A stretch of DNA of 64,000 bases from Escherichia phage ECCR664. The notes beneath the pieces are model-generated. The model was not told the origin of the DNA. It saw nothing but the letters and a program-made list of their open reading frames with translations, and made no database searches. Below are positions 50,716 through 59,788 of the stretch, in pieces; positions within the stretch are counted from its first letter, which is position 1, and the number at the start of each line of letters is the position of its first letter. The stretch lies in sequence record OL631257.1; one strand, written 5' to 3'. A program made the position numbers and the translations under genes.

Positions 50716-51077
50716 TATAAACTCTCAGTAAAGGTACGAGCGATAACGTCGCGCTGCTGTTCCGGAGTCAGAGAGTTAAAGCGAACTGCATAACCGGATA
50801 CACGAATGGTCAGCTGTGGATATTTTTCCGGATGCTTAACTGCATCTTCCAGAGTTTCACGACGCAGAACGTTAACGTTCAGGTGCTGACCACCTTCAAT
50901 TTTAACTTTAGGTTGATGTTCAATTTCAATTTCACGAGCATTCAAACCGTAGAAAATTTCTGGGTCTACAATAGCGTCTTCTTTAAAAGTCTTAGAGACA
51001 ATAATCCGGGCTTGAGTACCGTCTTCAAAATAAATAGTGCCTTTATGTTCACCTTCAAGAATTTGATATGCTTTCAT
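50715..51077 (-). CDS. grcA: autonomous glycyl-radical cofactor (GrcA/YfiD-like)
   Basis: 120 aa; C-terminal [59 protein letters not shown] contains the RVSGY glycyl-radical motif and matches E. coli GrcA as recalled; N-terminal half diverged. Confidence 0.8.
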   Translation of the reverse strand: MKAYQILEGEHKGTIYFEDGTQARIIVSKTFKEDAIVDPEIFYGLNAREIEIEHQPKVKIEGGQHLNVNVLRRETLEDAVKHPEKYPQLTIRVSGYAVRFNSLTPEQQRDVIARTFTESL

Positions 51078-51100
51078 ATAACCTCAATTAGAAAATAAAT

Positions 51101-51925
51101 TTATCCAAGATTTTCTTTAATCAAAAATGGGTCGGAATTAAACGCCATTAAACTTTGAGTGATTAATCCCTTAAATGGCCCATCAATAAATTCCATTTTG
51201 AAATGCGGAATACTAGTCATCAACCGTGCATTAGGAGCAGTACAAAGAACCTGCTGACCTGCGAACGGACCTTTAGTCAAACGATATCGTTTAGGTTTAA
51301 AATGGTAGATCTCGTAATTTTCTACAAGAGCCCTTTTATTGCATACTGGACTGTTATAACAATACTCAAAAACTTCAATAGTGGTCATCATTGCATTCCA
51401 ATCACAAAAATTGAGGACGAGCAGTACCGCCTATGCAATATTTGCTTTTGCAGCAGTGCTGTACTGATTTAATATGGACATTGTAAATCTTATCCATATC
51501 AGGAGCTTTAATAGGCTCGTCAATTATGTATAGAATACGAGAAAGCGTTAATCCACGGAATTTAGAACCTTCATTGCCAATAAAACTACGGACAGAATCA
51601 GTAAATAAACGGAATCGAATATCATCGCTAGAATAACGAGAAAATTCTTTTTAATGTTGCCAGCAGAAATTTTAGCATAAGCTGAAGTATTAGAAAGAAC
51701 AATAACTGTTCCATCGTCGTGCAGCCAATTAGCAGCAAAATTAGTTACTGCAGTGGATTTACCTGATTGTCTGCCACCGTCTAAACGAAGTGTACAGTAC
51801 TGCTTGAGTATGTCTTCAAATGGTGGGACATAACCATTCTTACAAATTTCTTCTACTCTAGCATCAGAATGGTGTGTAAAAGCATTCATCAGGGATAGAT
51901 AAGGTCCAGTTAAAAATGTTTTCAT
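51101..51925 (-). CDS. P-loop NTPase-like protein; apparent frameshift(s)
   Basis: ORF 51548..51973 (MKTFLTGPY ... LDGGRQSGKSTAVTNFA) plus ORF 51101..51391; junction not resolved. Confidence 0.35.
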
Positions 51926-52165
51926 TTTGTTCTCTCTAAGTTTGGGCCATTCCATGGCACATGAATTGTCCATTTCTGTATTTACCCATTACCGCACTTG
52001 GGCTCGACCTTATTACAGGTTGGCGGGAATCCCTCATAGAATCATGAGGTCCAGCTTGTTCCCATGTTATTTGAATGTAAATATTTTTGCCTTAATACTT
52101 ATACCAGTGTGGCTTCATTAAAATTTTTTCATCGAGTCATTTTACCTCTCCAAGTAATTATGATT

Positions 52166-52195
52166 ATACTATCACAATTCTAGGAGAAAGTAAAC
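52166..52195 (-). promoter_or_regulatory. T4 early-type promoter with unusually long leader
   Basis: Minus strand GTTTAC - about 18 nt - TAGTAT(AAT); the next ATG with a good fit is at 51925, leaving a structured leader of about 230 nt. Confidence 0.4.
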
Positions 52196-52197
52196 TG

Positions 52198-52500
52198 TTA
52201 TTTACCTTTAATTACTTTAGCTGCTTCGATAGCCGCTTGCTGAAGGTCATCCATAGACATACCGAATTTAGAAGCAAAGTTATCAATTTTCTTTTCAACA
52301 GCATTCAAAGGCTTGGCCTGTTTACCTTCATTAGCGCCAGGAAGAGCGAGAATACGCTCTTTGTCAATATAAAGGCTTACAAGTTTCTTACGGTCTTTAT
52401 CGGACAAATCGTGAAATGAATGGGCCTTTTTATTTATAGCGGCTTCTAATTTACCTGCACTCACTCGCGCTTCAGTAATAAATTCTTGATATGTTTTCAT
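52198..52500 (-). CDS. internal protein (capsid-targeted; IPII/IPIII-like)
   Basis: 100 aa; N-terminal capsid targeting sequence MKTYQEFITEAR, as in T4 internal proteins (MKTYQEFIAEA). Confidence 0.55.
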   Translation of the reverse strand: MKTYQEFITEARVSAGKLEAAINKKAHSFHDLSDKDRKKLVSLYIDKERILALPGANEGKQAKPLNAVEKKIDNFASKFGMSMDDLQQAAIEAAKVIKGK

Positions 52501-52587
52501 TTTTGTTTCCTTGTTTGTTTTGATAGAGTAATTATACCATATTAATACTTAAGCGTAAACTGTTTAAGCTTTACCATCGCAACCTTT

Positions 52588-53004
52588 TTCCTTAGTAAAT
52601 TGATTTACCATAGTATTTGTACCAAGTAGGACGTTGAGCAATTTTTTCATCTAAACGAGCTTGACTTATCGCAATGGACGCTTCGGTCGGGACATAATTA
52701 TTACGAAATTCGGCAGGGATGTCGGAAATATCTTGGACAGTCGTGTCCTTGATTTTGAAACCACGTTTCAAGCATTCAGCGATTAGCTCGATTTGACGTA
52801 AACGTAAAAATTCGAGTTTGTCGTAAAGAATGTTACATGACCTGTGCCTAAGATAAATGTCGGGGAGATTTTAAAATCCTTTACACGTTTACCGTTTTGA
52901 ACATGTTTACGGACTGCACCAAATATGCGTGGTAATTCACGATACTCAGCCATAAGATGTTGGTCGGTCAGTTCAGAAACAAGTGTTAAATTGATACGAG
53001 TCAT
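52588..53004 (-). CDS. denV: endonuclease V (pyrimidine-dimer DNA glycosylase) DenV; apparent frameshift
   Basis: [55 protein letters not shown] matches T4 DenV as recalled; frame lost after about 70 aa. Confidence 0.85.
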
Positions 53005-53031
53005 AATTTCCTCCAAGTAGTTGATGAATGT

Positions 53032-53061
53032 ATAGTATCAAAACCCTTGGAGGAAGTAAAC
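53032..53061 (-). promoter_or_regulatory. T4 early-type promoter upstream of denV
   Basis: Minus strand GTTTAC - 18 nt - TACTAT. Confidence 0.5.
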
Positions 53062-53062
53062 A

Positions 53063-53344
53063 CTATTTTTCTGAAGCGCCTGAAATATATTTTTCAAGAC
53101 GTTGTTTCATCAGCGAGCCGTTCTTAGCGATTTCTTCCGGTTTATCACACATACGCAACAAGGCTTCAAGCTTAACGATATCACTGGTGCGCTCAAATTT
53201 GCGAGTATCTATCTTACTAGCAAGTTCAGAAATACGTGCTAATAGACTTTCAGCTTCAACCAAAGCTGCACCTAGCTTAGTTGCAAATGTGTCAGTAGCT
53301 TCGTTAAGAATAGATTCTGATAAAAATTCACTATATGTTTTCAT
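53063..53344 (-). CDS. internal protein (capsid-targeted)
   Basis: ORF 53063..53359; internal start [10 protein letters not shown] resembles the T4 IP capsid targeting sequence. Confidence 0.5.
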   Translation of the reverse strand: MKTYSEFLSESILNEATDTFATKLGAALVEAESLLARISELASKIDTRKFERTSDIVKLEALLRMCDKPEEIAKNGSLMKQRLEKYISGASEK

Positions 53345-53829
53345 ATATACGCTTTCCAAGTTCCTGTTTTAAATGTTGAGATTACGCGTTTCGCGCGATT
53401 AGGTGTCTGACGATACCATTTAGATTGGGCTAGATTTACTGCCGCTTCATCCCAACGTTTCTGTTGAAGCATACGAAGAGAATTAGTAAAACCGGCGACG
53501 CCTGCTACTCCCATTTGGAAGACCATATTGACCAATGCACATCGACGAACCGCGTCTAAAGAATCATACACCGGTTTAAGTTTAGCATTACCCAAGATTC
53601 CGCGAACGGCTTTATCAACATCTTCATTAAATAGCTTTTCAGCCTCATCAAGGGTAATTGTACCGTTACATTTACGGCCGACCATTCTGTCAAGTTCAGC
53701 TTTAGCTACGGCTAAAGACGGGTTCTTTGTTACCAAATGGCCTATGCCAATAGTCCAAAAGCCTTCGGTGTCTTTGTATAAAGACAGTCTAAGACCTTCG
53801 TCATTACGAAGCATTTCAAATATATTCAT
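53341..53829 (-). CDS. e: endolysin (T4 lysozyme), gene e
   Basis: [37 protein letters not shown] ... RCALINMVFQMG ... [21 protein letters not shown] matches T4 lysozyme as recalled. Confidence 0.9.
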   Translation of the reverse strand: MNIFEMLRNDEGLRLSLYKDTEGFWTIGIGHLVTKNPSLAVAKAELDRMVGRKCNGTITLDEAEKLFNEDVDKAVRGILGNAKLKPVYDSLDAVRRCALVNMVFQMGVAGVAGFTNSLRMLQQKRWDEAAVNLAQSKWYRQTPNRAKRVISTFKTGTWKAYI

Positions 53830-53832
53830 AAT

Positions 53833-53854
53833 ACCTCCCACGTTTATAGGAGGT
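53833..53854 (-). promoter_or_regulatory. RBS-sequestering hairpin at the lysozyme start
   Basis: ACCTCC (53833..53838) pairs with GGAGGT (53849..53854); on the minus strand the GGAGGT Shine-Dalgarno lies 3 nt before the ATG and forms the 3' arm; loop contains TATAAACG (late-promoter-like). Confidence 0.5.
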
Positions 53855-53863
53855 ATTTATTAC

Positions 53864-54322
53864 TTATAGGAGGGTAGTGAGCACCTTATATAATGATTTG
53901 CCCATTACATATTCCCATTGAGAAGGTTTAATTAAAGCGAATGCATCAAATTCAGGAATCTGACGTCCGTCTGGGAATGTATGATAGGAATTACAAACAC
54001 TGTTTCTGAATTGCTCGTGCTCTACAGGGATGGTATATAGGAACAGATGAATATTCTTATTGTCTGAGTAATGATGTTCACCTAGGTCTTTCAGGAAGGC
54101 AGGGTCATATTGTGTAAACCCAGTTTCTTCTTCGCATTCACGAATAGCGGCTTCAATAGGAGATTCGCCAGGTTCGACACGGCCTTTAGGAATATCCCAC
54201 CGATGAGCTAAAGAACCTTTAGGACGAGAACCAGTTACACGTCCCATGAATAATTCTTTATCTTTTGTCATGAAGATAATACCGGCTGATAGTTCTTTCA
54301 CTTTATTTTTCTTACTCATCAT
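53864..54322 (-). CDS. nudE: Nudix hydrolase NudE
   Basis: 152 aa; Nudix box GRVEPGESPIEAAIRECEEETG (G-x5-E-x7-REUxEExGU). Confidence 0.75.
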   Translation of the reverse strand: MMSKKNKVKELSAGIIFMTKDKELFMGRVTGSRPKGSLAHRWDIPKGRVEPGESPIEAAIRECEEETGFTQYDPAFLKDLGEHHYSDNKNIHLFLYTIPVEHEQFRNSVCNSYHTFPDGRQIPEFDAFALIKPSQWEYVMGKSLYKVLTTLL

Positions 54323-54343
54323 CTCGGTCCCATGATTTGGCCA

Positions 54344-54562
54344 TTAATTCGGACATAAATTCTTCAATACGCGTTTCTTTAGATGGACTTTCACTATTAG
54401 AGACCGCGAGTTTGTAATCTGCAATAGGACGGAACAAATCAAGGTCCATATTAAGATCGTCTTTGATTTTTCTTCTGACACATCTTTATCATATGTGTAC
54501 AGATAACTATCACACGATTCTGATTTAATGTAAATTGCTATACTCATCTCAAATTCCTGCAT
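54344..54562 (-). CDS. hypothetical protein (72 aa)
   Basis: ORF only. Confidence 0.3.
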   Translation of the reverse strand: MQEFEMSIAIYIKSESCDSYLYTYDKDVSEEKSKTILIWTLICSVLLQITNSRSLIVKVHLKKRVLKNLCPN

Positions 54563-55035
54563 TCAGTTATAAAACGTTCAACTTCATTATTCTTGGCCTT
54601 TATCTTGTCTTTACGTTCCTGTAAACTACTTTTAACAAGATTAATAATGATGGCGGCGGTACCGCCGCCAATGATGCCACCAACAACACTTATGATACTA
54701 GATGCTAATAAGATAGCAATAATATCAACAAAACCGAAAGAACTAACCTTAGTACTAAAAAACCATACCGACGGTACAAATATAATCCATCCTGTTATCC
54801 ATTGGCACTTATTGAAAAACTTTTCAAGCTCAGCTTGAGTTGTTCGTATTACTTCATCGATAGGTTGATATCCATTAATGTATCTGTTCACGATAATACC
54901 TGCTGGCTGGTCGATTTTAAATTCTTGACAAATACGTTTCACTAAGTAGGATGGACATCCTGTCCAATCCACTGAATAGTACGAAATACCTTCATTGTCA
55001 TCGTCAATATTAGACCAATATGTTTTGTTAATCAT
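54544..55035 (-). CDS. membrane protein (163 aa)
   Basis: Two C-terminal hydrophobic segments with a Gly-rich IGGGTAAII stretch. Confidence 0.35.
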   Translation of the reverse strand: MINKTYWSNIDDDNEGISYYSVDWTGCPSYLVKRICQEFKIDQPAGIIVNRYINGYQPIDEVIRTTQAELEKFFNKCQWITGWIIFVPSVWFFSTKVSSFGFVDIIAILLASSIISVVGGIIGGGTAAIIINLVKSSLQERKDKIKAKNNEVERFITECRNLR

Positions 55036-55720
55036 TACCAGCCTTCCATAGGGAATTCCAGATAAACTTGGGCATTGACACGAATTTCATTGGTAATCTT
55101 TTTAACTCGGTCTGTATTACGAGATACACGTCCGAACCAACGCCATCCATTACTAATTGCACGAGAACCAGTGTGCCATGTTTGCCAATCGAACTGAAGA
55201 AGAGTACGGTCTGGAGCTTCCCATTTCTCTAGTTCACCTTTTTCAATTTTTCGAGGACTTCTTTGTGCCATTGGCGATAGATAAGTTCGCCATCAGGAAT
55301 CTGGCTGAACTCTGCAGTTCCTGTTGCAAAATGAGTAGGACACACATCAGCGTTAACAAGGCCAAGAATATGTTCAGACAAATAGCGAGGATTGTCATAG
55401 TCGGGTTGTCCTGCAGTAATAAAGTGTTGACCAACCGGAATATCCGGGCGTGGTACATCGTCATGGTGATAACCTGGGATAGCAGGGTACCAACCAGGCA
55501 TCAGCATGTGGACTCGTGAATCAAATACAACCTGGTCGGTGTTCCAATCATCTGGCAAGTTCATAATGAAGCTGCGAGTAATAGGACCGCCGTTATTATA
55601 AGCAAATTCTAAACTACAGTTGAAGAACATAGGCTCGTTCTTGATTTTATCATTAGAAATACCGCCGGCAAAACCACCTACTGCACGAGCTTGACTATTA
55701 AACACTTTAGAACTATTCAT
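55035..55720 (-). CDS. hypothetical protein; apparent frameshift
   Basis: ORFs 55229..55720 and 55035..55271 overlap in different frames; probably one gene of about 228 aa. Confidence 0.3.
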
Positions 55721-55754
55721 ATTATTTTCCTCGACATTCTTTAATGAAATTTTC

Positions 55755-56026
55755 TAGATTGGTAGATTCAATAGCTTTTTACGAGCTTCTGAGTGTTCTT
55801 CTTCTGACAATTTACGTTTATAATTGACCCAGACATTATGGTCGAAACCAGTCGTGGCATATAATAACAATGCTCCAACGAATAGCAAAAACGGCGATAA
55901 GAATACAAAACCAGGAACACCATCCATATCGTAAGCCTTTTGTAATACTGCAACAGAAAGAGTTACGTAAAAGGTGATGCAAGTATTGTTAAAAGACCAA
56001 TTCGGTTGGTTTCTGTTAATTTCATA
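55755..56026 (-). CDS. small membrane protein; apparent frameshift
   Basis: ATG at 56026 (MKLTETNRIGLLTILAS) downstream of a promoter; joins ORF 55768..55953. Confidence 0.3.
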
Positions 56027-56050
56027 ATATTCTCCTCATGTTTTAATAGG

Positions 56051-56083
56051 ACTACTATAATATAGCCCTATCAGTTTGTACAC
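56051..56083 (-). promoter_or_regulatory. early-type promoter
   Basis: Minus strand GTGTAC - spacer - TTATAGT with palindrome ATAGGGCT/AGTCCTAT. Confidence 0.45.
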
Positions 56084-56284
56084 TTATTTTGACATTTCTT
56101 CGATGTCACGACGATACCCATCACGAACTTCACGAAGAGCTTCAAGGCCACACATAGGCTCGATACCAGTAATGTGAACTTGATTAATCTGATACTCTAC
56201 ATCTTCTAACTGAGCGAAAACATAACGACGTTCTGCTGCACAACCAGGTTTAGCTTTACCGAAACGTTTATTCAAAGTAGTCAT
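56084..56284 (-). CDS. hypothetical protein (about 66 aa)
   Basis: ORF 56084..56302; likely start MTTLNKRF at 56284. Confidence 0.3.
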   Translation of the reverse strand: MTTLNKRFGKAKPGCAAERRYVFAQLEDVEYQINQVHITGIEPMCGLEALREVRDGYRRDIEEMSK

Positions 56285-56322
56285 TTTTATATCTCCATTC
56301 ACTCATTTGTTTTGATAGGTCT

Positions 56323-56352
56323 ATAGTATCAACAACTACAGACCTTGTAAAC
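56323..56352 (-). promoter_or_regulatory. T4 early-type promoter
   Basis: Minus strand GTTTAC - 18 nt - TACTAT. Confidence 0.5.
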
Positions 56353-56364
56353 AGTTTTGTGAAA

Positions 56365-56901
56365 TTATTTGAAAGGTTTTACCATATGGAAATTTTGTTT
56401 GAAACGTTTTACGTAATCGTCATGTCCTAAGCTTTGGTACATACTTACTACTTTGCTGTAGTTTTCCCAGGCGTATTCACGGAACCAACCGGAGGTGATG
56501 CTTGTGCAGACTTTTTCTAATGCCATCATGAAACTGGCTTCAGGGTTAATTTCAAAGTTATTAGGAATCTGAGAACGTTCTAATGCTAGTACACATGATT
56601 CTTCGTATACACCGGCCAATTTGACCATTTCTGGTAATGATTCGAACTTCTCGCGTGAGGTCATGACTTCAGAACCATCTTTCATGTAAAACGTATAAGC
56701 AGGGCGGTCTGTTAGTGCAATGGCTTCGTGAATAGTATCATGGTCATATGTATAGATGTCATCTTTAAAGAATGCGCTTTTAGAAGTGTCAAGAACCGGG
56801 TGAGCATAGTTCAAGGTTTCTTTCTGGCGTTTCAGCATAATTTCAGTAAGTTCATCGTTCAGTGTAACACCTTTACCACGAAGATACTGAATATGGTTCA
56901 T
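56365..56901 (-). CDS. hypothetical protein, possibly the C-terminal domain of the upstream nucleotidyltransferase
   Basis: 178 aa ORF starting 5 nt after the stop of 56907..57320 in another frame. Confidence 0.35.
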   Translation of the reverse strand: MNHIQYLRGKGVTLNDELTEIMLKRQKETLNYAHPVLDTSKSAFFKDDIYTYDHDTIHEAIALTDRPAYTFYMKDGSEVMTSREKFESLPEMVKLAGVYEESCVLALERSQIPNNFEINPEASFMMALEKVCTSITSGWFREYAWENYSKVVSMYQSLGHDDYVKRFKQNFHMVKPFK

Positions 56902-56906
56902 AGTCT

Positions 56907-57320
56907 TTAAAAGAATGGATTATTTTTCTTGAAACGATGGGACATCTTAATTGCAAGACACATCTCAGGAGTTGCCCAGTAAAACCCGTTCAAACGGTCT
57001 TTAGTCAAATTTTTCTTGGCATATTTTAAAAGGTCATAAGAAGACGTGAAATCTTCAGGAGTGAGTTCACCGACTAATTCACGGACATTAGTGATTGCCG
57101 GAACAATATATGCTTCAAAATGAGTTTCGCGTCCATTATGGAAGCATTTGAAAACTTGGACATCAGGGTTATCTTGGTGGACATATACACCCATCATTTG
57201 ATTTTTGAATGCATTCCAAGAACCTTGGTCTGCAATAAAGTCCCAGTCACTATTTTTGATAGCGTTAGAATCAATAAGTCCGTGATAGTGAAGTGCACGA
57301 GAACCAATAACTAACATCAT
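56907..57320 (-). CDS. Pol-beta-superfamily nucleotidyltransferase-fold protein
   Basis: 137 aa; VIGSRALHYHGLIDSNAIKNSDWDFIAD fits G-S-x(n)-D-x-D. Confidence 0.45.
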   Translation of the reverse strand: MMLVIGSRALHYHGLIDSNAIKNSDWDFIADQGSWNAFKNQMMGVYVHQDNPDVQVFKCFHNGRETHFEAYIVPAITNVRELVGELTPEDFTSSYDLLKYAKKNLTKDRLNGFYWATPEMCLAIKMSHRFKKNNPFF

Positions 57321-57344
57321 AATATTTTCCTCGGATTAATTAAC

Positions 57345-57595
57345 TTAAATTTCGCGACATGCGATATTATATTCATCCCAGAGGTCGTCATGTGAAGCCT
57401 CTACCAATGGAACGATTGTACCGTTTATGTCTTCATTATAAGGACAAATTGTACAGTGCGCATCTTCGAATCGGATGCCTTTGTGTTCAGATTTTTATAA
57501 CGCATATCGAATATCTTTGCAAACTTTTCACGAGTAATGGTTTTAGCAACCACTTTAGTTCCGATACTTTCGTAATAAATCATTGTGGACTCCAT
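57345..57595 (-). CDS. small hypothetical protein; apparent frameshift
   Basis: ATG at 57595 (MESTMIYYESIGTKVVAK) downstream of a promoter. Confidence 0.3.
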
Positions 57596-57611
57596 TTAAT
57601 TTGATAGGACT

Positions 57612-57641
57612 ACTATAACATAGCCCTATCTTGTTGTAAAC
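57612..57641 (-). promoter_or_regulatory. T4 early-type promoter
   Basis: Minus strand GTTTAC - 17 nt - TTATAGT with palindrome ATAGGGCT/AGTCCTAT. Confidence 0.5.
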
Positions 57642-57645
57642 TGTT

Positions 57646-57843
57646 TTAGCAAGAATAACTAGATGATACCCAGCCTTGAACAGTAATACTATTATTTGAT
57701 ACCGAGATTGCGTTCTGGAGATTCAGACCTGCGTTATCTTCAATCCATAATGTAACTTCTTCGCGTTCTTCTGTTGCAATTTGGAACAGGTTTTCCAGGG
57801 CAGCTACTGCCGTACGTACAGCACAATCTAATTCACGAGACAT
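57646..57843 (-). CDS. small acidic protein with GWVSSSxxC tail (paralog 3 of 3)
   Basis: 65 aa; C-terminus QGWVSSSYSC; N-terminus MSRE... Confidence 0.4.
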   Translation of the reverse strand: MSRELDCAVRTAVAALENLFQIATEEREEVTLWIEDNAGLNLQNAISVSNNSITVQGWVSSSYSC

Positions 57844-57852
57844 ATGATTTCC

Positions 57853-58124
57853 TTAGCAAGTGTGAGAAGATGCAACCCAACCACCAGTTTCGAGGCTCAG
57901 GTTATAGTCGTATTGGTAAACGTCGGCCCATTCAGCATAGCCGTTTTTGTACAACGTTCAAGATCGGCTTTAAGATGTCCTGGCGAATGATAGGTTCCAC
58001 CCATACCATAAGCTGGATACAAGTCGAATGTTGTGTTTTGTTTATCAGCAATTTCTTTGGCAGCCTCAATAGCTGCATAGATTTTTGCTACGGCTTCAGC
58101 CAGTTCGGTTTGTTCTTTAGACAT
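57853..58124 (-). CDS. small acidic protein with GWVSSSxxC-like tail (paralog 2 of 3); apparent frameshift
   Basis: ORF 57897..58124 (MSKEQTELAEAVAKIYAAIEAAKEIADKQ...); shifted C-terminus ends GGWVASSHTC. Confidence 0.4.
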
Positions 58125-58133
58125 AATGATTCC

Positions 58134-58439
58134 TTAGCACAACGCAGAAGACGAAACCCAAGCACCTTCAGTAATAACGTAACCATTACCTTCACGCTTA
58201 ACATCGCCACCATTATTTTCAATTTCATTTTTCATCCATTGGGATACGATTTCACCCTTAGGATAATAAGTACGACCGCTACCATAATCACCTACAGAAA
58301 ATGATACGGCATATTGGTCTGCGATCTTTGTTGCTTCTTCTTCGATACGTTCAGCTTGATTCAGAAGTTTATAAATTGCATCTGAAGCGGATTTGGCATC
58401 ATTAAACTCTGGTACTTTAATTTCAATAATCTTACTCAT
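58134..58439 (-). CDS. small acidic protein with GWVSSSxxC tail (paralog 1 of 3)
   Basis: 101 aa; C-terminus GAWVSSSALC; N-terminus MSKIIEI... Confidence 0.4.
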   Translation of the reverse strand: MSKIIEIKVPEFNDAKSASDAIYKLLNQAERIEEEATKIADQYAVSFSVGDYGSGRTYYPKGEIVSQWMKNEIENNGGDVKREGNGYVITEGAWVSSSALC

Positions 58440-58795
58440 TTTCTACATTCCTTAATAAAGTTTTCTATTGTTTCATTTTCACGTCTAGCTAGGAGTTCAT
58501 TATAACTAATCATTTGAGAAGCGTAAACCTTTTTATTTTTCTTGTTATGGTTTATAAAATCGTAGTAAAAATAGACTACAGTACAAAAGGATGCGATGGA
58601 TGCAAAGGCTTGGGTGTACCGTAAGTCCTGCCATTGGTCTGTGAATCCACCGGTGTTCCCTATAAATCCTAACACAACCCCGTCAATAAGAAATCCAACT
58701 AATCCAAAGGCAAATCCCATGCCAATACTCATAATAAAAATTAGAATGTTCTCACCAAGAGACGGCCATACGGTTAAGAGTTGAGGCTTTTGCAT
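58436..58795 (-). CDS. membrane protein (119 aa)
   Basis: Two TM segments; Gly-rich GFLIDGVVLGFIGNTGG. Confidence 0.4.
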   Translation of the reverse strand: MQKPQLLTVWPSLGENILIFIMSIGMGFAFGLVGFLIDGVVLGFIGNTGGFTDQWQDLRYTQAFASIASFCTVVYFYYDFINHNKKNKKVYASQMISYNELLARRENETIENFIKECRK

Positions 58796-59199
58796 CTTAT
58801 TTCCTTAACGAATTCCATAGCTTCTTCATATTCATACTTTTTAACAGCTTCGTCATACTGAGCTTGGGCTTTTGCGCACTGAACTTTCCACTCACGAACT
58901 CGAGCTCTGTGATGACGTCCTTGGTACCAATATCCCACCCAGTTAATAGGCATTAATAAAAACGGTACAATAAGTGGTGCGACGAACATTAATGAAAATG
59001 CTGCATCAGACGATATAACTTCACTAGAATCTAAAACAGCTCCTATAATCATAAAGATTAAAAATGCTAAAGCCAAAATAGGGCCAAATAGTACTTCGTT
59101 TGGGATTAATTTACGTTTGTATTCGTATGCCCAGGGCTTACTCGGCATGTATAGGGTTGGCTTTGACATATTCTCTACATTCCATAATAAATTGCTCAA
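58774..59199 (-). CDS. membrane protein (141 aa)
   Basis: Two TM segments then basic/coiled C-terminus. Confidence 0.4.
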   Translation of the reverse strand: MSNLLWNVENMSKPTLYMPSKPWAYEYKRKLIPNEVLFGPILALAFLIFMIIGAVLDSSEVISSDAAFSLMFVAPLIVPFLLMPINWVGYWYQGRHHRARVREWKVQCAKAQAQYDEAVKKYEYEEAMEFVKEIRCKSLNS

Positions 59200-59322
59200 G
59201 GATTAAATTGTTAGTGAAATTAGGACTAACAACCATAGTTTCATAAAGCGCATCAATAGCACTTAAAGCATCAACTCTTTTAAGCAAAGGCTTGCCTTCA
59301 TACATAGTTTCAGAATCGACGA

Positions 59323-59760
59323 TTAACGTAAAGTAATATTTTTATTATCGACTAGAACTTCTGTGTCAATATAAAACATATTAGACCTCAGAAGCTTATC
59401 TCTAAAACCGTAATAATCTTCTGAACGTTCACTGATATATTCCCATTCAGTGTTTAAACAACAAACAGACCACGTAGGAGCAACGAAATCAGTGAATCTA
59501 ATATCATGGTCTGCAACTAGTTTAGCAATAGCTCCGATATCATGAATCATAATACCTGGGGCTAATAAAGATTTTCTGCTATGGCTAGCCGTTTTCTCGG
59601 TGGTCTCATAAGAAGACGACCAGTACCATTTACGTCCAGTTGCAACATATCGTAATGAATCAACTAAAGACGTAGGTGGATTTACCTTATCTCGGAACTC
59701 TTCGAACATTGAGTCAATATCATTATTTTGGTTTCGCATGTTAACTCCTTTATTATCCAA
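59323..59760 (-). CDS. hypothetical protein (145 aa)
   Basis: ORF directly after a terminator. Confidence 0.3.
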   Translation of the reverse strand: MDNKGVNMRNQNNDIDSMFEEFRDKVNPPTSLVDSLRYVATGRKWYWSSSYETTEKTASHSRKSLLAPGIMIHDIGAIAKLVADHDIRFTDFVAPTWSVCCLNTEWEYISERSEDYYGFRDKLLRSNMFYIDTEVLVDNKNITLR

Positions 59761-59780
59761 AAGGAGGACCGGAGTCCTCC
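59759..59780 (-). terminator. rho-independent terminator
   Basis: Hairpin GGAGGAC-CGGA-GTCCTCC at 59763..59780 followed on the minus strand by UUUU. Confidence 0.55.
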
Positions 59781-59788
59781 GTATTATT

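Noticed and set aside
57774-58304. 176-aa plus-strand ORF
   Set aside because: Antisense to the tandem GWVSSSxxC paralogs, which have promoters and conserved ends on the minus strand.
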